Below, piece by piece: positions 55,273 through 64,000 of a stretch of DNA of 64,000 nt (the first letter of the stretch is position 1; each line of letters starts with the position of its first letter). The notes below the pieces were generated by a model. The model worked only from the letters and a program-made list of their open reading frames with translations, was not told the origin of the DNA and did not search any database. The stretch comes from a virus. The position numbers and the translations under genes were made by a program. The stretch lies in the IMG/VR virus record IMGVR_UViG_3300021425_004462, positions 58,060-122,059 of that record. One strand, 5' to 3'.

Positions 55273-56121
55273 ATGAAACCGCAATTCCAACACGAAGTAA
55301 CAACAAGTTTTATGTTATGGGCAGATAATTTTCTATTAAGAAAAGGTGAAGCTTATACAAATTATGTATCAACTTTCTATCCAAACACGAGTGACGATAG
55401 ATTAGGCCCAGGATTAGTCAGCTATAGCAGCCCTCACAAGCAGTGGGTTTTTGATAGCAGCATAGAAGGCGCAAATATTCCTAGCGGAGTATATGATGAC
55501 GGCACATTTATCCCAAGAGATGCAGATGGATTAAAATTAGACTTTGATAACGGACGAGCAATACTTGATTCTTCATTTGGAGATTCTAAATCTACAGTTA
55601 GTGGAGAATATGCAGTAAAAGACTTTAATTTTTATATCACTAATCAAACAGAAGAGCAATTAATAATAGATAGTAAATTCGATACAAATAATAGATTTAA
55701 ACAAGACGTATCAGGAATCGCGCCTTATAAACAAGTTATACCTGCTATCTTTGTTAATTCAGAAATATCAGAGAATGAACCTTATTCGTTCGGCGGAGAA
55801 GATAAAACATCAACAAATATAAGATGTGTTGTTTTCGCAGAAAATACATATCAACTTGACGGCGCGCTATCTATTTTTAATGATGCAAAAAATGAAGTAT
55901 ATGCAAAATTAAGTTTTGAAGATTATCCATTAAATGAATATGGAGATGTTACAGGCTTTAATTATAAACAGCTTTCAGATAATACAAAACAACAATACTT
56001 TCACATAGAAGAAGCGCGAGTTTCTAAATTAAGCGACAGAATAAATAAAAATATAGACCCTAGTTTATTTGTGGGATTTATTGACTTTGAGGTAACTAAT
56101 TTAAGATTTCCGCGATCATAA
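55273..56121 (+). CDS. Putative tail terminator/neck protein
   Basis: Directly upstream of the major tube gene; PAIFV and GFIDFEV motifs. Confidence 0.45.
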   Translation: MKPQFQHEVTTSFMLWADNFLLRKGEAYTNYVSTFYPNTSDDRLGPGLVSYSSPHKQWVFDSSIEGANIPSGVYDDGTFIPRDADGLKLDFDNGRAILDSSFGDSKSTVSGEYAVKDFNFYITNQTEEQLIIDSKFDTNNRFKQDVSGIAPYKQVIPAIFVNSEISENEPYSFGGEDKTSTNIRCVVFAENTYQLDGALSIFNDAKNEVYAKLSFEDYPLNEYGDVTGFNYKQLSDNTKQQYFHIEEARVSKLSDRINKNIDPSLFVGFIDFEVTNLRFPRS

Positions 56122-56141
56122 TTCCCTTTTATAAATAAAAA

Positions 56142-56146
56142 ATGTA
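56142..56146 (+). promoter_or_regulatory. Variant motif ATGTA upstream of the tail tube gene
   Basis: AAAAATGTAACT; one mismatch to GTGTA, in a 58-nt intergenic gap. Confidence 0.35.
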
Positions 56147-56179
56147 ACTAGAGAAAGAAATTTAACCTTTTAAAATATT

Positions 56180-57472
56180 ATGGCAGACAAACATAGAGCA
56201 CGAGTAATTTATCAAAGTGAGGCATTATATGCAGGCACAGTTGACGCTACAGGACATCACTTTAGTACCGCATCTGACTGGAGTACCAGAGCAGGATATA
56301 AAACGCACGCAACATACGCATCTGCAGTTGCGGAGGGAGGAGAGATTCGTACAGGTATTCAACAACTAAGAAGAGTGCAGAGCGCAAACTACAGCTTTTC
56401 CATTAATAGGCAAGATGTAAATCAGTTTGGGCAATTAGCAAGAATTGACTCTGTTGCGATAGATCCTCCGACAGTAACTTTAGATTTCTCTTATTATATT
56501 ACTAATGGAGTTAATGAAAGAATTTTAGGAATGAATGTATTGGGTGAACAAAGTGCTCTAGCTGATGAAATAGTAGAAGGCTTAGTTTGTGGAGACCCAG
56601 TTGGCCATGATGGACAAAACTTTTTCATCTTAACTACTTGCGAAGGCCATGACGCCGTAAATAATACAGACATGGATAATATGAAAAACGTGATTGCTCT
56701 AGGCAATGGTTACATATCCAATTATTCTGTAGAAGCTTCGGTGGGTAGTATGCCAACCGCAAACGTTACAGTCGACGGACTTAACTTAAAAAGTTATGTT
56801 GGTACAACAGGGCTAGCCTCTCCTGCAATCAATACAAATTATGGAATTCCTGTTGACGGAATTGAATTTAGTATTCCACCTGCAATTAGTGGAGTTTTAA
56901 ATGATAGTGCTCCAAACCTAGATGACGAAACAGAAGGCTGGTCATGCTTGCGTCCAGGAGATATCACAATGTCTCTCGGAACAGATGGAAGAGCTGCAGA
57001 ATTTGAACAACTTCCAAGCGCAGATGCTCCATATGATTACACTCCAGGAGCAGCGCATATTCAAAGCTTTTCAATTGACATCCCTCTTTCTCGTTCTATT
57101 CTTAATAGACTTGGTAGCCCTTATGGATATGCTAGAGTTGTAGACTATCCAGTTAACGTTAATGTTAGCGTTAATGCGATTATGTCGGACTTAAAAGAAG
57201 GTAATGTAGCAGATTTGATCTGGGACACAGAAGAACATGATTTGGTATTTACTCTTCGCGAACCAGAACCTTATGGTACAGGAAAGAAAGCTATCGAATA
57301 TAGAGTGAAAGGAGCTCTTCTTGAGGGAGAATCATTTAGTTCCTCTATTGGAGATAACAAGAGCGTAGATTTGACATTTACCGCTCAAATTGGTGGCCCA
57401 GAAGATTTAGCAAGAGGACTGATGATCTCTGGATCAAGAAACGCTTTAACTATTACCGGGCAATTTGCTTAA
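56180..57472 (+). CDS. Major tail tube protein (internally duplicated fold)
   Basis: RVQSANYSFSINRQDVNQFG and HIQSFSIDIPLSR...LG; followed by a terminator; no sheath gene in the window. Confidence 0.7.
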   Translation: MADKHRARVIYQSEALYAGTVDATGHHFSTASDWSTRAGYKTHATYASAVAEGGEIRTGIQQLRRVQSANYSFSINRQDVNQFGQLARIDSVAIDPPTVTLDFSYYITNGVNERILGMNVLGEQSALADEIVEGLVCGDPVGHDGQNFFILTTCEGHDAVNNTDMDNMKNVIALGNGYISNYSVEASVGSMPTANVTVDGLNLKSYVGTTGLASPAINTNYGIPVDGIEFSIPPAISGVLNDSAPNLDDETEGWSCLRPGDITMSLGTDGRAAEFEQLPSADAPYDYTPGAAHIQSFSIDIPLSRSILNRLGSPYGYARVVDYPVNVNVSVNAIMSDLKEGNVADLIWDTEEHDLVFTLREPEPYGTGKKAIEYRVKGALLEGESFSSSIGDNKSVDLTFTAQIGGPEDLARGLMISGSRNALTITGQFA

Positions 57473-57502
57473 AAGGTATTTAAAAAATCTCTTATAATAT
57501 AG

Positions 57503-57527
57503 AAAACCCGCTTTATGCGGGTTTTTT
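57503..57527. terminator. Bidirectional intrinsic terminator
   Basis: AAAACCCGC-TTTAT-GCGGGTTTTTT between convergent genes. Confidence 0.9.
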
Positions 57528-58647
57528 ATTTATCGTAAATCCTTAAACCTTTTGAAACACTAACTCCAAAAGAAAACGAACTGGATACATTAGACTGGCC
57601 TCCTATTTGATTAGTAAAAGATTGAGATTTTAATTGAGCATTATCTATAGCGATATTTTGAATAACGTTAGCTTCCGCTAAGGTTCCTTTTTGATGAGAT
57701 CTATCGGTATGTTTTATCAATATTTCATATCTTGAACCCTCTCTAAAAAAAGATTCTATTTGACCAGTAGAATACTCTCTTACGATCATATTTATATCAG
57801 CAGATGCAATAATAGGTAATTTTAGTTTTCTGTCAAATACATAATTACTACCAAACCCAAAGATATCTTGGCGATCTACAGGTAGATTAATATTTACACT
57901 TTGAATGGCTGCATGCACCGATTCTAATGGAGCTCCTCCATATTCACCCGCTTTTTTTGTAATTTCAACGATCATGTCTCCAGGCATAATTGCATTAGCT
58001 TCCTCTTGAAGACTTTCGCTAAAAGAGTCTTCATCAAGATATAGCCTTTCCTCAGAAAAGGGGTTATTAACGCCAAGTTTAACTGATGGTAGCGAAGGGA
58101 CTTCCTCAGGGTTATAAATATCAAATTTCAAGTTGCTTCCAGCATAAGAAATTGTTGATTCGGGCAAGGATCCTACTTCAGCGCTGTAAGAGTAATTTTT
58201 TAAAAAACAGTTACCAAAACCGATTACATGATATCCCGAAAAACCATTTTTTTCCACAAAGTTTAGATCACGAAGATCTCTGTCATTAGCTCCCACAGCA
58301 ACTATGTTTATATCGTCTGTAGAATCTGCTTCAAAAAAATTCTTAAAAACACTTCCATCTGACTTGTTATATAACCCAATTGCTTGTTCATTTTGTCCGC
58401 TAGAAAAAAGATAATTAATCTCGCATGTTACTTCTGGTTGACGCAATATTGGAGACTCATCATTTCTTAATACTAAATTATCAGAACCGATTTCTTTTAT
58501 GTCTATAGCTGGATGCTGGAAACCATAATTAAAACTCTGAACTCTAATTAAATCCCCAGAAGTTGTACCATTATCTTTGTATGCTGGAAAATCAGTTACT
58601 AATATACCTAATTTTTCATATGTTATTCTTGAAACCGCGCAGCCCAT
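57526..58647 (-). CDS. Tail tube paralogue
   Basis: RITYE, RVQSFNYGF, GFGNCFLKNYSYSAEVGSLP, IMPGD and AIQS align with 56180-57472. Confidence 0.7.
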   Translation of the reverse strand: MGCAVSRITYEKLGILVTDFPAYKDNGTTSGDLIRVQSFNYGFQHPAIDIKEIGSDNLVLRNDESPILRQPEVTCEINYLFSSGQNEQAIGLYNKSDGSVFKNFFEADSTDDINIVAVGANDRDLRDLNFVEKNGFSGYHVIGFGNCFLKNYSYSAEVGSLPESTISYAGSNLKFDIYNPEEVPSLPSVKLGVNNPFSEERLYLDEDSFSESLQEEANAIMPGDMIVEITKKAGEYGGAPLESVHAAIQSVNINLPVDRQDIFGFGSNYVFDRKLKLPIIASADINMIVREYSTGQIESFFREGSRYEILIKHTDRSHQKGTLAEANVIQNIAIDNAQLKSQSFTNQIGGQSNVSSSFSFGVSVSKGLRIYDK

Positions 58648-58656
58648 TAATGCAAT

Positions 58657-58681
58657 TACACCTTTTGATCTATTAAGTGTA
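58657..58681. promoter_or_regulatory. Back-to-back GTGTA motifs (58657-58661 minus, 58677-58681 plus)
   Basis: Minus copy 9 nt before ATG 58647; plus copy 17 nt before ATG 58699. Confidence 0.7.
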
Positions 58682-58698
58682 TAAATAAAAGACTAGCT

Positions 58699-60108
58699 AT
58701 GCCAAATAAAAGAATTTCAGAACTTAAAGAAACAGAGGACTTGTCCGCTGATTTAGCTTCTCATCATTTTCCCTACCATCCCTTTAATGGATTATTAAAT
58801 GAAGATGACGCAGATATTGAATTTTTGGTAGCTAGAGAAAAAATAAACAATTACAAGATAAACTACCAAGATCTTAAGACATCTATTTTAGATCACTGTG
58901 TGTTTATGACTGGCCAGCAATTAATTAGCGGACAAAAGATTTTTACAGATGTATGTACATTCCAAAGTAGAATACAAACAAATGAATTAATAGACATAAC
59001 TCTAACTGGAGACATTAGTGGCGTTGCAATTGTAGGAAAAACTGGGCTACTTGAAAACTTAAGAGTAGGAAAACCTTTTTACAACCGGGAATTAGACGAA
59101 TCTACATATAACTTACATATATCAGGCGACACCTTGATGCTTGGAGACGCTCGCCATACAGGCCATTTTAGGCAAGAAGGGGACTATTTAAGGTTTGGAG
59201 ATTCGGTGCAGGTTGGAAATACAGTTATCTCTGGAAGCAAAACTTACACGAAAGACATTTATGCAGACGAAAAAATTATACACCTGAATGATGAAGATAC
59301 ATTTTTGCAGTTAAGTAATGAGTCTATTAATTTTACCGCTGGAAGTTCAACAAAAACAGAATTAAAAGAAGATTCTCAAGAAATTATATTTCATACTAGC
59401 GACGAGAATCAAGCTCAAATCAATAACACAGGTTTTTTATCCATAAATAATACGGACCCAATTGGAGAACTTTCGGTAAGCGGAAAAGCTTTTGTAGAGA
59501 ATATATACAGATATGATGATTTTTATAAAACGTTCTATAGAGTATATGGAGGTGATAGCGAAACGGTTTCATTCAAGCACGAAATAAGGCCCGGAAATAA
59601 TGAGTATAAAATAAATTTACCAAAGACTTTTTTCGATAAACCAATTATTTCATTAAGTCTCGAGGGCCATAACGTTCCTCCTATTTCCGTTCCAATTATT
59701 AAAAATTTAACAGAATATAACTTAAATATAAAGTTCCCCCTTGAGATTACCTCAAGAGGCTACTTGCTACACGTGACAGCGCTGGAAACATCATTTAAAA
59801 AAGGGAGTAATTATGTTCACTACGAGAAGTACCCGCACGTATCATGTGAAGACGCAGGCTCAAATAGACTTGCAATCCAAAGATTTAAAACTCCATTCTC
59901 AAATCCAGGCAAAGAATTTAAAATCAATTTTCCAATTGATTTCGGAACAACGCCAATTGTGTCGGCAACAATAGAAGGCGTAGATACAAATGTAGAATAT
60001 GCCATATTTAGTGTAAACAAAAGTTCATATAACATTATTTTTTCAAAAGAGATAAACAACTTCACAGTACATACTTTTTCAAGCATATCAGGATATAAAG
60101 GTTTTTAA
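58699..60108 (+). CDS. Putative fibre/appendage protein with two C-terminal lectin-like repeats
   Basis: NKRISEL N-terminus, TGQQLISGQKIF, two IN(L/F)PxxF..P domains; paralogue of 60112-62349. Confidence 0.6.
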   Translation: MPNKRISELKETEDLSADLASHHFPYHPFNGLLNEDDADIEFLVAREKINNYKINYQDLKTSILDHCVFMTGQQLISGQKIFTDVCTFQSRIQTNELIDITLTGDISGVAIVGKTGLLENLRVGKPFYNRELDESTYNLHISGDTLMLGDARHTGHFRQEGDYLRFGDSVQVGNTVISGSKTYTKDIYADEKIIHLNDEDTFLQLSNESINFTAGSSTKTELKEDSQEIIFHTSDENQAQINNTGFLSINNTDPIGELSVSGKAFVENIYRYDDFYKTFYRVYGGDSETVSFKHEIRPGNNEYKINLPKTFFDKPIISLSLEGHNVPPISVPIIKNLTEYNLNIKFPLEITSRGYLLHVTALETSFKKGSNYVHYEKYPHVSCEDAGSNRLAIQRFKTPFSNPGKEFKINFPIDFGTTPIVSATIEGVDTNVEYAIFSVNKSSYNIIFSKEINNFTVHTFSSISGYKGF

Positions 60109-60111
60109 TAA

Positions 60112-62349
60112 ATGAACAAAGATAATAGAATTTCAAACTTAGGTCGCAAGCAATACTTGAAATCTCATGGGCTTGAACCTTTTCCTCATGCAGCTATGCC
60201 TGTAAGCCAAGGAAATGAAGATGATGACATATTATTTCTTATTACAGAGTCTGGATCTCATAACGAAAAGATAAACTACAAAAACCTAAAAGCTTCAATA
60301 TTGGACAATTCAGTTATGCTAACGGGCAACCAATTAATTAGCGGAGAAAAAACTTTTGCAGATGTATGTACATTCCAAAGCACAATTTATACAAATGAAA
60401 TTATAGATATTGTTCAAACTGGAGATATAAGTGGAAATATTTTTGTTGGACAAACAGGTCTTTTTCAAAAAGTGGGTATTGGTTTAGATTTTTCGGACAG
60501 AAGGGAAATGAAACCTGTTTATAGCGACTTTCCAGACTCGGCCGAAGGTTATATTTCATATGATTTTGGAGGAGGAATAAAAACAGAAACACTTTCGGAC
60601 CAAAATTTCAATTTTTACTTAACTTCTGGAGACGGACAAGACTATACGTTTACTGGAGATGCCAATGGAAAGGATCCAAGTTTATCGGTAAAACAGGGAG
60701 ATCAACTCAATTTTATTAATGAAATAGGTGCTCATCCATTATCAATTCAAGATTATAATGGTAATATAATTGCCCAAGAAAACCAAGGGCTAACGACTTT
60801 CAATGCGTCTGCTACCGGAGCGTATTTTTATCAATGTACGGTTGTCGGTCACCAACAAATGAGCGGGAATATACTGGTAACCAAAAATTCTTTTGGAGGA
60901 ATAGACTTTAATGCTCCAGGAGAACCAAATTTAAATACCTCTATATCTTCTTATGAGATTTATGAGCCGCTAGGATATTATAACTCAAATACGCCTGAGT
61001 CTCAATTAAACAACGACACCACAAACATAACTCTTGATGGTCACTTATTGCACCCTGATGATGTTCATAGGGAAATGAGGGGAGCTTGGTTAGAAATTAA
61101 TTTCGAAAAACCTTTTCATTATAAAGGATTTTCAATATATAGAAAAAACATAGAAAGCGCAGCCCAAAACCTTAAAGTAGTTGCCTCTAATGACGGAAAA
61201 AGCTGGCGCACAATTCATAAAGTTTCAGGGTTAAGCCAATCGGATTATAACGACGAAAACACTGAAACCTCGTTTTCTTTAAATCAGTATATCGAAGATA
61301 AATATTCAAAATATAGGCTTGTCGGAGAAAAAACATTTTCAAAACCATTTTGGGATTTAGGTCATTTTAGTTTTTCTGGTGTTTTGATAAAAGAGTTTAC
61401 CACAATTAAAGAACCTCAATATACACTCCATGTTTCAGGAGAGTCATGTTTTATAGGAAACACAACACATACAGGATTTGCGAGGCATAGCGGAGATTTA
61501 TATAGAATAGGCAATTTCACACAAACAGGAAATTCATTCATTGACGGAAGCGAAAAAATCACTGGAAACATTTTTCTCGGAAAAACATTGTACCATTTAA
61601 ATGATGAAGATACTTTTATTGAATATACTGACGATAAAATAGACATAACGGCAGGTAGCGGAACAAAAATCGTATTAAATGAGATAGAAGATAACAAAAT
61701 TCAATTTTTTACAAACGGAAAAGAACAAGCAAGGATTGACCAGAGTGGATTCTTCGGGATAAATACAACAACTCCCTTCGCAGAGCTTTCTGTGACTGGG
61801 GACGCATACCTAGAATGTTTATTCACGACTGGTCTAGACGGACAATGGGAAAGAGTATATGGAGGAAGCGATGAAACAGTTTCATTTACCACCGAATTAA
61901 ATAAAGGCTCAGATTCTTACAGAATTAATTTTCCAAAAACTTTCGGAGAAGAACCATCAGTTACTTTATCTCTAGAAAATAATGAAGGTGGACCTATTGT
62001 ACCATATTTTATTTCTGGAGTAAACTTGCACGAATACCACATAAACTTTGGTTCAAATTTATTAAATGATGGATATAAAATTCATACATCAGCTAGAGTA
62101 ACAGGGCAATCAGCAGTACACAAAACAAGAACTCAATCTTTTATTACAGAAGTTTCGGGGGGCAAGGATATTTATGAAATTGATTTTCCAGAACCATTTC
62201 ATACAGAGCCCGTAATTTCAACTGCGATAGAATCGAAAGACATACTAATACCTTATTTGGTTTCTGGAGTCAGTAAAAATTCCTACAATTTAATTTTCGG
62301 ACAACAGTTACCCACATCATGCAAAATACATACTCATGCAGTTCGTTAA
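60112..62349 (+). CDS. Putative fibre protein with inserted cupredoxin-like and F5/8 type C (CBM32/discoidin)-like domains
   Basis: AHPL...YFYQCTVVGHQQMSG; AWLEINF...VASNDGKSW...YRL. Confidence 0.7.
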   Translation: MNKDNRISNLGRKQYLKSHGLEPFPHAAMPVSQGNEDDDILFLITESGSHNEKINYKNLKASILDNSVMLTGNQLISGEKTFADVCTFQSTIYTNEIIDIVQTGDISGNIFVGQTGLFQKVGIGLDFSDRREMKPVYSDFPDSAEGYISYDFGGGIKTETLSDQNFNFYLTSGDGQDYTFTGDANGKDPSLSVKQGDQLNFINEIGAHPLSIQDYNGNIIAQENQGLTTFNASATGAYFYQCTVVGHQQMSGNILVTKNSFGGIDFNAPGEPNLNTSISSYEIYEPLGYYNSNTPESQLNNDTTNITLDGHLLHPDDVHREMRGAWLEINFEKPFHYKGFSIYRKNIESAAQNLKVVASNDGKSWRTIHKVSGLSQSDYNDENTETSFSLNQYIEDKYSKYRLVGEKTFSKPFWDLGHFSFSGVLIKEFTTIKEPQYTLHVSGESCFIGNTTHTGFARHSGDLYRIGNFTQTGNSFIDGSEKITGNIFLGKTLYHLNDEDTFIEYTDDKIDITAGSGTKIVLNEIEDNKIQFFTNGKEQARIDQSGFFGINTTTPFAELSVTGDAYLECLFTTGLDGQWERVYGGSDETVSFTTELNKGSDSYRINFPKTFGEEPSVTLSLENNEGGPIVPYFISGVNLHEYHINFGSNLLNDGYKIHTSARVTGQSAVHKTRTQSFITEVSGGKDIYEIDFPEPFHTEPVISTAIESKDILIPYLVSGVSKNSYNLIFGQQLPTSCKIHTHAVR

Positions 62350-62354
62350 AAAAA

Positions 62355-62359
62355 GTGTA
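62355..62359 (+). promoter_or_regulatory. GTGTA upstream motif
   Basis: AAAAGTGTATAAATTAAA-ATG; 9 nt before ATG 62369. Confidence 0.7.
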
Positions 62360-62368
62360 TAAATTAAA

Positions 62369-64000
62369 ATGATATCTAAACATATATTTAATTCGGATGT
62401 AATAAGTGGAAACAATTTATGGATTGATGAGATACGTTCAACCGGAGATACGGTATATATTGATGACAATGTAAATATTTCAAATAATGTCGATATATCA
62501 GGTAATGTTTTTATCAAAAATAATTTAACAGTAAAAGGCAGCACGACTACACTCGATACAATCACAGTGACAGTTGATGACCACAATATTGAATTAGGTT
62601 CTGTAGACAATCCTACAAATACTACCGCTGAAGGGGGTGGTATAACCCTAAAGGGCTCTACAGATAAAAAATTCACATGGGGATCTACCTTCAATGAGTC
62701 ATGGGAATCAAGCGAAAATTTAGGGGTTGCAGATGGAAAATATATATTTGCAGATAAAATTAGAGCAAGAGATTCTGCGGGATTATTTTTAGAAGACGAT
62801 GGTGGAAACGGAATTTTTGTAAAAGATGGAGGCAATGTTGGCGTTGGTACAACAAATCCAGGAGAGAAGTTAAGAATTGAAGAGTCAAACTCTGGAGTGC
62901 ATTTAATGGCAAGATTTCAAGATGTTTCTAATTCTGATTTAGTAAAAGGTATTCGAATAAATAAAAGAAACAAAGCAAACTCACAAAACACTTTTTTTGA
63001 CCTATCTATTGACGCAGAAGAAAATAAAATAGGAATAGGATTAGGAAACAATTCAGCAGAGCTTTCAAATGGAAAAGCAGATTTATCTAATTCAGAGATA
63101 GTTATAGATAGCTTTGGCCGCGTAGGGATTGGAGCTACAAGCCCTAGTCACGAATTAACTATTGGATCATCAACTGATCCTGGAACAACTGATGAAAGGT
63201 TAAAAATATTTAGAGGTGCGGACGATGCAGGTCAAAATCTTGAAATGGGATATAGAAGTATCACAGTGACTCGCGACTCAAATACATTAGCACAGCCACA
63301 ATCAACTTTCTCAATCAAGCAAAGAGGTAGTAATGGTGAAAGAACAGAGATATTCGTCGACTCCATGGGTAATTTAGGTATTGGCACCATAGTCCCAAGC
63401 GGAAAGTTAGATGTTAACGGAGACATTAAATTCAATGGAGACATACTTCCTTATACATCCGAAACCTTTGATATAGGGTCTGCTTCAAAAAAAGTTAGAG
63501 ATATATACTTAAGCGCATCATCCTTGCATATAGGTAACCAAGATATTTCTGTAGACGCAGAGGAAACGCTTCTACTTCCTTCCGGAGTTAGGATTGGATA
63601 CGTAGGGGGCCCTAAATTTTCCACAGACGGAACGGATCTTTCATTAAGTTCATCACTATCTTTAGCAAATATGCTATCTGTTTCAAAAGCCGCAACTTTA
63701 TCAAACACCCTTTCCGTTGCAGGAGCTACTACGCTTTCAGATTCTTTATCTGTCGCCGAAAACGCTACTTTATCGAAAGCTCTTTCGGTTGGAGGGGCTG
63801 CTTCCGTTGCAGGAGCTACTACGCTTTCAGATTCTTTATCTGTCGCCGAAAATGCTACTTTATCGAAAGCTCTTTCGGTTGGAGGGGCTGCTTCCGTTGC
63901 AGGAGCTACTACGCTTTCAGATTCTTTATCTGTCGCCGAAAATGCTACTTTATCGAAAGCTCTTTCGGTTGGAGGAGCTACTACGCTTTCAGATTCTTTA
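62369..64000 (+). CDS. Long tail fibre protein (partial, runs off the window end; not in the ORF track)
   Basis: Translated by hand: MISKHIFNSD...NLTVKGSTTT..DHNIELG..GGGITLKG..GNVGVGTTNP, GRVGIG, GNLGIGT, then LSVxGAxTL repeats. Confidence 0.85.
   Translation, partial: MISKHIFNSDVISGNNLWIDEIRSTGDTVYIDDNVNISNNVDISGNVFIKNNLTVKGSTTTLDTITVTVDDHNIELGSVDNPTNTTAEGGGITLKGSTDKKFTWGSTFNESWESSENLGVADGKYIFADKIRARDSAGLFLEDDGGNGIFVKDGGNVGVGTTNPGEKLRIEESNSGVHLMARFQDVSNSDLVKGIRINKRNKANSQNTFFDLSIDAEENKIGIGLGNNSAELSNGKADLSNSEIVIDSFGRVGIGATSPSHELTIGSSTDPGTTDERLKIFRGADDAGQNLEMGYRSITVTRDSNTLAQPQSTFSIKQRGSNGERTEIFVDSMGNLGIGTIVPSGKLDVNGDIKFNGDILPYTSETFDIGSASKKVRDIYLSASSLHIGNQDISVDAEETLLLPSGVRIGYVGGPKFSTDGTDLSLSSSLSLANMLSVSKAATLSNTLSVAGATTLSDSLSVAENATLSKALSVGGAASVAGATTLSDSLSVAENATLSKALSVGGAASVAGATTLSDSLSVAENATLSKALSVGGATTLSDSL
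63712..64000. repeat. Near-perfect 90-bp coding tandem repeat (at least 3 copies)
   Basis: ttccgttgcaggagctactacgctttcagattc... starts at 63712, 63802 and 63892; encodes SVAGATTLSDSLSVAENATLSKALSVGGAA. Confidence 0.95.

Noticed and set aside
8125-58687. T4-type late promoter TATAAATA (near 8125, 22641, 56130, 58680)
   Set aside because: Present at only a few sites, at inconsistent distances, and expected by chance at this AT content; GTGTA explains more sites.
727-63708. The many short (60-172 aa) ORFs overlapping long genes on the opposite strand or in another frame
   Set aside because: Shadow ORFs of well-supported genes, with no recognisable motifs or start signals.
1-64000. Alternative genetic code explaining the split genes
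   Set aside because: Standard-code ORFs tile the window almost completely, including 1500-2400-aa genes, and the splits involve frame changes rather than in-frame stops.

Overview
A gene-dense, AT-rich segment of a large tailed (siphovirus-like) phage genome. I saw no rRNA, tRNA, CRISPR array or IS element. From left to right: (i) 1-5143 (-), glycosyltransferase-type genes, including a DUF2827-like pair; (ii) 5161-10800 (-), three Ser/Thr-Gly-rich, partly repetitive putative virion proteins; (iii) 10823-14046 (-), an early operon with GT4, SSB, a sigma factor and a dNMP kinase; (iv) near 14.1 kb, a divergent pair of sigma70 promoters; (v) 14220-27121 (+), a wHTH protein, about 11 glycan-synthesis genes, a Whirly/PC4-like protein and a single-strand annealing protein; (vi) 27125-54129 (-), a lambda-type tail module (J split in two, I-J fusion, K, L, duplicated M, two tube paralogues, a 2140-aa tape measure protein, chaperones); (vii) 54187-64000, neck, tail tube and fibre genes. 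Main leads: (a) the tape measure protein has four G[HFY][IV]PN[FY] motifs that bracket apparent cargo domains, one with a PD-(D/E)xK nuclease-like signature; (b) a candidate virion glycosylation system, with late-promoter-linked glycosyltransferases and an [ST]G motif enriched across structural proteins; (c) a recurring GTGTA upstream motif (10 exact copies, six of them 9-10 nt from an ATG), plausibly read by the phage sigma factor; (d) several domains split across gene boundaries; (e) Trp/Gly-rich and cupredoxin domains in tail proteins that hint at an Opitutae/Verrucomicrobiota host. All family calls come from motif recognition by eye; no searches were run.
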